DNA from: Chthoniobacteraceae bacterium
GTDB lineage: Bacteria > Verrucomicrobiota > Verrucomicrobiia > Chthoniobacterales > Chthoniobacteraceae
Length of the DNA stretch: 64,000 nucleotides
Direction: 5' to 3'
NCBI GenBank assembly: GCA_037190965.1
Contig: JBBCKI010000064.1
Location: 12,254 to 76,253, forward strand
Positions 58,182 to 64,000 of the stretch are shown here, piece by piece. A program made the translations under genes and the position numbers. Within the stretch, counting starts at the first letter, position 1. Each line of letters starts with the position of its first letter. The notes under the pieces are model-generated. The model saw nothing but the letters and a program-made list of their open reading frames with translations. It was not told where the DNA came from and made no database searches.

Positions 58182-58338
58182 CTGTGCGAACTATAAGGGT
58201 TTCCCTGGAGGGGTGTCAAACGGCAGACGGGGCAGACGGCCAATCCGGGACTGCTTTCTCTCAAACTGCACTGCTTGCGATCCAATGCAAGACCAGACAT
58301 TCCGGGAGACCCGCCGCTTCCATGATCCGTTTTCAAGA

Positions 58339-58869
58339 TTAATGCCAGAGGAAGGACTGCGTGAGGGCGACGATCTTTCCGTTTTCGATCACCAGAGCGC
58401 GCCAGGCGGTAATGGCTCCGTCGTCGTTGTAGTTGTCGCCGGTGACCTGGAACTTCGTGTCGTGGGTTCCTTTGCCTACAGAGACATCGACCTCCTGGGC
58501 TTGCACGTAGTTCCCCAGATTGGCCTGCCGGTATTCCAGCCGGACGGTTACGTTGGCGGGCCGGGTGGCTCTCCACCAGAAAGTAAAGTAGTGGCCGTAG
58601 CGCGCCTTGCGCTCCTCCGTGGTTACCGCACCGTAGTTGATCCGCAGCCGTTCGAAACTAAGCATCCGATCGTTGGTCGGCTTTTCCACCGTGGGATCGT
58701 TGAGGAAAAGCTTCTCTTTGCGAAACGAAAACGTGTCGTCCAGGGCGAGGGGGAGCACATTGGCCTTTGCCAAAAGGCGCGGAGCCGAGGCCACGGAATT
58801 GAGTTCGGCGGCTTTCCCGCTTGGCAGGGCCGATAACGCGAGGCCCAAAATCAGAAACCGGCGAATCAT
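58339..58869 (-). CDS. Secreted hypothetical protein
   Basis: Signal peptide; 176 aa. Confidence 0.7.
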   Translation of the reverse strand: MIRRFLILGLALSALPSGKAAELNSVASAPRLLAKANVLPLALDDTFSFRKEKLFLNDPTVEKPTNDRMLSFERLRINYGAVTTEERKARYGHYFTFWWRATRPANVTVRLEYRQANLGNYVQAQEVDVSVGKGTHDTKFQVTGDNYNDDGAITAWRALVIENGKIVALTQSFLWH

Positions 58870-58992
58870 GGTCTCGTGAGACTAAAGCGACTCGCCCCCC
58901 GCGTGTCAACGACTCTCGGCGATTATGGGTGCAGACAGGGCGCCCGCTCCCCCGGGTTGCATTCTCACTCACGCCGCCGGATAGTCGCCGCC

Positions 58993-59997
58993 GTGAAGGG
59001 CGCGCCTTTTGAAGTCACCTATCGAAAAGGGATTGAGCTTTCCGGGCACGGGCTTTGGCTTGACCCGCAAGGTTCGCGACCGCTTGCGTTTGTTTCCCAT
59101 GCTCATAGTGACCACCTTGGGCGTCATCGGGAGGTGATCGCCTCCCCGGGAACGGCCCGGTTGATGCGGGAGCGTCTCGGGACAGGGAAACGGGTGGAGC
59201 ATCAGGTTGCGTTCCGCGAGCGCTTTTCACTGCCGCACTTGCCCGGGCTTGAAATGGAGCTTCTCCCGGCGGGGCATATTTTCGGCTCGGCCCAGATCTA
59301 TCTGGAGTCCGGAAGCAGTTCATTGCTTTACACCGGCGATTTCAAAACACGCCCAGGGCTCTCCGCCGAACCGCTGGAATGGCGTCATGCGGAGACACTC
59401 GTGATGGAGACTACCTTCGGTAAGCCATGCTATCGGCTGCCGCCGACCGGGCAAGTCGTCGCGCAGATTCTCGATTTTTGCCGACGGGCGTTGGAGGAGG
59501 GGGCGGTGCCGGTGCTGCTCTGCTATTCGCTGGGCAAGGCGCAGGAAGCGATTTGTGCTTTGCTGGCGGATGGGTTGACCCCGGTGCTTCACCATACCGT
59601 ATTTCGAATGACGGAGATCTATCGCGAGATGAAAGAGGGGTTTCCTGACGGTTATCTCCCCTTCAATGCGGAAGGCGGGTTGCAAGGGCGGGTCTTGATT
59701 TGTCCGCCGCCGGTGGCGCGCACTTCAACGGTGCAACGGATTTCCAAACGGCGGGTGGCGGTGTTGACCGGGTGGGCGATCGACCCCCGCACGCGTTACC
59801 GGTATGGCGTGGACGCAGCGTTCCCGCTCTCTGACCATGCGGATTACGACGAACTTCTGAGCTACGTGGAACTTGTCCGCCCCCGGCGCGTGTTGACCCT
59901 GCACGGCTTTGCCGCCGCGTTTGCCTGCGATCTGCGAGCGCGCGGGGTGGAGGCTTGGGCGATCAGCGAGGAGAATCAACTCGAACTGGCCCTTTGA
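58993..59997 (+). CDS. Metallo-beta-lactamase/beta-CASP nuclease (ligase-associated exonuclease-like)
   Basis: 'SHAHSDH', 'AGHIFGS', 'YTGDF', 'METTFG', 'SDHAD'; start uncertain. Confidence 0.85.
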   Translation: MKGAPFEVTYRKGIELSGHGLWLDPQGSRPLAFVSHAHSDHLGRHREVIASPGTARLMRERLGTGKRVEHQVAFRERFSLPHLPGLEMELLPAGHIFGSAQIYLESGSSSLLYTGDFKTRPGLSAEPLEWRHAETLVMETTFGKPCYRLPPTGQVVAQILDFCRRALEEGAVPVLLCYSLGKAQEAICALLADGLTPVLHHTVFRMTEIYREMKEGFPDGYLPFNAEGGLQGRVLICPPPVARTSTVQRISKRRVAVLTGWAIDPRTRYRYGVDAAFPLSDHADYDELLSYVELVRPRRVLTLHGFAAAFACDLRARGVEAWAISEENQLELAL

Positions 59998-60107
59998 GAA
60001 CCGAGTGGCGAGGTCATTGATCTGCAACTGATGTAGGACTTTTCCTACAAGATTTTTGCGGAGTGCTTCCCGTTGTTGAGCTTTCTGCGATTTGGTGTGA
60101 TGCAGTC

Positions 60108-60764
60108 ATGATTATCCGCTCCGCAATAGCCGCTCTTCTGTTGGTTGGCTCTGGCACCGTCCACGCCAACCTGGTCAATTCGTATAGCGTCGATTACTCT
60201 TTTGAGGGGTCGGTCGATTTCGGTGGTGGAGATGTAAGAAGTGATTCGGTTTCCGGAAATGAAATGCAGGATGGCTTTACGATCTCGGGTCCTGCGGACT
60301 TTCAACTCACGGTTGAGAATGGCCTGTTGGAAGTCGGGAACGTGGGTTATTTTTCACTTTTCGCCCAGCATGCGCAGCCCGCACCTGGTTCCTACAGCGT
60401 TTTCAATCCGACGACGTTTTCAATGAGTTTGTCGATGACGTTCGATCTATCGAGTGCCGCCATCATCACGTTGGATTTCTCAACGCCCATGCTGCCGGAT
60501 TGGCTCTTCACAAGTGGTGCTTCGTCCGTCACTCTTAACGGTTCCGAGGCCGCCAGCGGAGTGCCCATTGCGGTTAATAGCGGTTCGAATACCGTTGTTT
60601 TTACGATCCAGGGGACCAGCGTAGGGGAACCCGGGGCTCAGGTTTTCTTTGGGGTTAACGGGGAAATTACGGCGGTCCCTGAACCCGGTAGCTTTGCCTT
60701 GTTGGCAGGTGGTGCGGCTGCTGTGGCCTCCTCCTGGGCCATGCGTCGTCGCAAGATTGCCTAG
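60108..60764 (+). CDS. PEP-CTERM sorting domain protein
   Basis: Signal peptide; 'VPEPGSFALLAGG' + TM + 'RRRK'. Confidence 0.9.
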   Translation: MIIRSAIAALLLVGSGTVHANLVNSYSVDYSFEGSVDFGGGDVRSDSVSGNEMQDGFTISGPADFQLTVENGLLEVGNVGYFSLFAQHAQPAPGSYSVFNPTTFSMSLSMTFDLSSAAIITLDFSTPMLPDWLFTSGASSVTLNGSEAASGVPIAVNSGSNTVVFTIQGTSVGEPGAQVFFGVNGEITAVPEPGSFALLAGGAAAVASSWAMRRRKIA

Positions 60765-60841
60765 GTAGCGGCCATCGCGACGTGAGCGGCGACGGTACCG
60801 CGGATCACGGGAAGTTGACGCGGTGCCGCGCTTGATTTTCA

Positions 60842-61852
60842 ATGCCGGAGATCATGATCGAAATTACCGCCGCGCTCCGCGAGAAGGAGAAACGGGCCGC
60901 TTCTCTTGAACACGAACTCCCCTTTGACCCGACCTACGGATACGGCATCGAGAAGTTGCTGGCCGTGCCTTCGCCGGAAGGGCCCGCCGATTTTGTCGAG
61001 TTTTGGGAGGCGACTTATCGCGAAGCCCGGAGCGTCGAACTCGCGTTGACCAAGCGCGAGGTGGCCAGCCCTGATCCCGATTTCCGGCTCTTCGAGGTCG
61101 AATTCAATTCCCTTGGCGGCCTGCGGATTGGAGGTTGGATCACCATTCCCGCCAAGGGGGAGATCACCTGCGGGAAGGTGGTAGGCCATGGCTACGGCCC
61201 CAATGTCGAACCCCAGTTTTTGAGGCTGCCGTATGAGGCCGCTTCCCTCTACTTTTGCGCGAGGGGGTTCCGCCGCTCGGCTAACCCCTCCATTCCGGCC
61301 AATACGCCCGAGCACGTGGTGCATGGCATGGAATCCCGTGAAAGCTATGTGTGGAGAGGCTGCGTGGCCGATGTCTGGTGCGCCGCGTCGGCCTTGCTGG
61401 AAGTCTTTCCGGAAATTGCGGGAAACCTTTTTTATTCCGGAGCCAGTTTTGGCGGTGGGCTTGGGGCGCTTGCGTTGCCGTGGGATGCCCGTTTCAAAAG
61501 AGCCTATCTTGGCGTGCCTACTTTCGGGAATCAGCCGCTGCGCGTCAGCTTGCCCTGCACGGGAAGCGGCGACGCCGTAAGCCGTCGCTACCGCGAAGTT
61601 CCCGGGATTCTGGAGGTGCTCGCCTATTTCGATGCGGCCACTGCGGCCCGTTATATCAAGATCCCTACCCTGTTGGAGGTTGCCCTGTTCGATCCTGCCG
61701 TGGTGCCTCCGGGGCAATTTGCGGTCGCCAACGCCATTCCATGCGAGAAGCAGCTCTTCGTCCGGGTCAACTCGCATTCAACCTCGCCCTTCGATCTTGA
61801 GGAAAGCCTGGAGCTTGAGCGCTTGCAGGCCAACTGGTTTCGTCAGGGTTGA
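60842..61852 (+). CDS. Acetyl xylan esterase / cephalosporin-C deacetylase (CE7-like)
   Basis: 'PADFVEFWEAT', 'HGYG', nucleophile 'GASFGGG', 'YFDA', 'DPAVVPP'. Confidence 0.85.
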   Translation: MPEIMIEITAALREKEKRAASLEHELPFDPTYGYGIEKLLAVPSPEGPADFVEFWEATYREARSVELALTKREVASPDPDFRLFEVEFNSLGGLRIGGWITIPAKGEITCGKVVGHGYGPNVEPQFLRLPYEAASLYFCARGFRRSANPSIPANTPEHVVHGMESRESYVWRGCVADVWCAASALLEVFPEIAGNLFYSGASFGGGLGALALPWDARFKRAYLGVPTFGNQPLRVSLPCTGSGDAVSRRYREVPGILEVLAYFDAATAARYIKIPTLLEVALFDPAVVPPGQFAVANAIPCEKQLFVRVNSHSTSPFDLEESLELERLQANWFRQG

Positions 61853-61985
61853 GCCTGCGTAAAAATTTTTACAAAAAAAGTTTGCGCCTTTGTCGCTGGT
61901 TGGGTGTATTACACCACAGAAGACAAAAATAGGGTTCGAGCCGGATTCCCCGGCGGGACGCCTGAAGACACAACCAAGGAAGATT

Positions 61986-62315
61986 ATGCCACAAGAAGTG
62001 ACGCTGAGAGGACCGAACTACACATTCCAATGTTACGGAGTGCACGAAGCCAAGCGGCTGGGATTGATCGATTCGTGGGAAAAGGGGGGCACCCACGCGC
62101 CGGTATCAACCGTATTTGAGCAGGGCGAGGGGAAGTTGCTCGCGGACTGGGTGGAAAAAGTCCCCGATGCGCTGCTGATTGCGACGGCACGCTACCAGAT
62201 CACGGTTTACCGCCCCAAGAGCCGGATCGTGATCCTTGAAGATGAAGCGGAGGAATCAGAGGAAAGCGACGGAGCCGCCGATGAATCGGCCAACCGTGAA
62301 GAGGAGGCTGCGTGA
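61986..62315 (+). CDS. Hypothetical protein with acidic tail
   Basis: ATG with AAGGA SD; 4-bp overlap with the next ORF. Confidence 0.55.
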   Translation: MPQEVTLRGPNYTFQCYGVHEAKRLGLIDSWEKGGTHAPVSTVFEQGEGKLLADWVEKVPDALLIATARYQITVYRPKSRIVILEDEAEESEESDGAADESANREEEAA

Positions 62316-62635
62316 GCGAACACAAGACCCTCGATCGGATGATCGCCGAAAGTACGGAATTCGTCTGCGAGCACTGGGGGCAGGGGGAGGCGTCCATCGA
62401 GCTTTACGCCCCGGTGACGCGCGGAATCGACGGCACGACCTGGATTCACCCCGCCTGGGGGCGTGACTACCCATGGAAAGAGATCGTTGCCCGCGCCACG
62501 CGCATCTGGCGGGTATCCGGCTCGCTCTGGAACCCCGGAACATTCACGCTGATCTATTGCAAGCGAATCTCCGGCGAACCCCACGCGGTCGCTATTCTGA
62601 GGAAGGAGTCGATGAACCGGGAGGCTGCAGCCTGA
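62312..62635 (+). CDS. Hypothetical protein
   Basis: GTG start with GAGGAGG SD embedded in the upstream ORF. Confidence 0.55.
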   Translation: MSEHKTLDRMIAESTEFVCEHWGQGEASIELYAPVTRGIDGTTWIHPAWGRDYPWKEIVARATRIWRVSGSLWNPGTFTLIYCKRISGEPHAVAILRKESMNREAAA

Positions 62636-62858
62636 CTTTTGTCTCGTTGACCCGAATGGCGTAGTCATCGGCGCTGAAGACGTCGCGCTCGATCAACAGG
62701 CGAATGAGAACGCCGACCCGAAGTTGAAGCTCCCGATTCTCCTGTTGGAGGCGCTCAACGGTTTCTTCGTTCTTCTCATCCTGATCCAGTTGGGATTTCT
62801 TGAGTTCGACGAGGGCATTGTCCTGATTGAGGTTCCAGAAAATGTCGATCAAGCTCAT
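62592..62858 (-). CDS. Small coiled-coil hypothetical protein
   Basis: 'VERLQQENRELQLRVGVLIRLLIER'. Confidence 0.6.
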   Translation of the reverse strand: MSLIDIFWNLNQDNALVELKKSQLDQDEKNEETVERLQQENRELQLRVGVLIRLLIERDVFSADDYAIRVNETKVRLQPPGSSTPSSE

Positions 62859-62943
62859 CGCGTCGGAATATCCTATATAGGGAGCCGACCCTGCAAGAAG
62901 AACAGGATGCTGAGCTCTTGCAGGGGATGGTAGCATCAGACCC

Positions 62944-63648
62944 ATGCCTTCAAAGATTTCCATTCCCGCCGGGTTCAGCATCGATCAGGTCGTCCCGTGG
63001 GGGCGTGGGTTTGATGAGTATGTCCGGTTCTTCAGTTTGAATGAAGAGGATCTCTCCCGCAGGATCATCGACTGCGGTGGCGGCCCGAGCGATTTTGCGG
63101 CGCAGATGCATCGGCGTGGGAACCGTAGTCTCTCCGCCGATCCGCTCTACGCTTTTTCCGCCGCCGAGATCAGGCGGCGGATCGATGAAACCTATCCCAT
63201 GATTATGGAGCAGGCTGAGCGCAATCGCGATGGCTTCCTCTGGACAGAGTTTTCGGGCGTGGCTGAGTTGGGGCGTCGGCGTTTGGCGTCGATGGAGAAC
63301 TTTCTCGCGGATTTCGATCCGGGGCGGGCAGAGGGGCGATATGTGCCGGAACGTCTGCCGTCCCTTTCCTTTTCTGCTAACTGCTTCGATCTCGCCCTTT
63401 GCTCCCATTTTCTTTTTCTCTACACCGAACAGGTCGATCTTGAGACGCACTGGGAAGCAATTTCGGAAATGCTTCGTGTGGCCCCGGAAGCGCGGATTTT
63501 CCCTTTGATCAGTCTGCGGGGCGATCGGTCGGCTCACCTGGATGAAATCCTGAGTCGCTGCGCCGCCTCGGGCTGGACGGCTCTTCTCGAACGCGTTCCT
63601 TACGAATTTCAGCGTGGCGGCAACGAGATGCTCCGCATCCGGCGCTGA
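62944..63648 (+). CDS. Class I SAM-dependent methyltransferase
   Basis: 'IIDCGGGPSDF', 'FDLALCSHFLFLY', 'YEFQRGGNEML'. Confidence 0.85.
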   Translation: MPSKISIPAGFSIDQVVPWGRGFDEYVRFFSLNEEDLSRRIIDCGGGPSDFAAQMHRRGNRSLSADPLYAFSAAEIRRRIDETYPMIMEQAERNRDGFLWTEFSGVAELGRRRLASMENFLADFDPGRAEGRYVPERLPSLSFSANCFDLALCSHFLFLYTEQVDLETHWEAISEMLRVAPEARIFPLISLRGDRSAHLDEILSRCAASGWTALLERVPYEFQRGGNEMLRIRR

Positions 63649-63742
63649 CCGGCTCACTATTTCTTCTTCTTTCGGCGCGTTTTGAGCATCGGGAGACCAG
63701 TTCTACCCCGGTTTCCGATGGGACGAAAAAGGGGGTGAAGCG

Positions 63743-63946
63743 ATGAGATACGGTGTCGAATGCTGGGTGGATGGAAAGCGGCTGTTCGCGTTGGAGGCGG
63801 ACTCGGCGGAGCCGGATCTTGCCCGCGACATCGCCATTGAATTGCTGGAGACGCATCTCCAGCAAAAGGTGCTTGGCGACGAGCACGAGATGGAGCGCCA
63901 GATCATACGGATTATGGTGGCGGCCCAGCCGGTGGGTGCTCGGTGA
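63743..63946 (+). CDS. Small hypothetical protein
   Basis: 67-aa ATG ORF with purine-rich upstream sequence. Confidence 0.4.
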   Translation: MRYGVECWVDGKRLFALEADSAEPDLARDIAIELLETHLQQKVLGDEHEMERQIIRIMVAAQPVGAR

Positions 63947-64000
63947 ATCGAGGGAAGAGTGGGCCTGCGGCCGGGGCGGGGGGGGGGGGGGGGGGGGGGG

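Noticed and set aside
61930..61965. tRNA or att remnant (GGGTTCGAGCC)
   Set aside because: Only a T-loop-like fragment; no cloverleaf or CCA end.
63968..64000. Terminal poly-G run
   Set aside because: Typical two-colour sequencing or contig-end artefact; not treated as biological.

Overview
Bacterial chromosomal window with high GC and dense coding. Gene content (PEP-CTERM protein, acpP-hypothetical-LysM-accA, STAS-PP2C-grpE-dnaJ-rsmE, tamAB) suggests a Verrucomicrobiota, possibly Chthoniobacter-like, genome; this is inference. It holds about 60 CDS: housekeeping (sufD, rlmN, hisBHA, mutL, acpP, accA, thiHS, dnaJ/grpE, rsmE), stress/dormancy-type genes (CgeB-like glycosyltransferase cluster, FAD-Rieske oxidoreductase, LigD polymerase, DUF4142, MalQ) and regulators. 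I found no rRNA, tRNA, CRISPR array or transposase. The main unexplained signal is two diverged copies (20051-20219 and 37671-37839) of a 169-nt intergenic element. It folds into one rod-like hairpin whose stems change sequence but stay paired, while the internal-loop motifs and spacing are conserved, which points to an unannotated structured ncRNA family, probably on the minus strand. Also notable: a REP-like repeat family, a His/Cys-rich LarC, a 20-bp duplication that frameshifts the HisH tail, and a GAFTGA-less NtrC-type regulator next to csrA. All calls were made by eye; no database searches were run.
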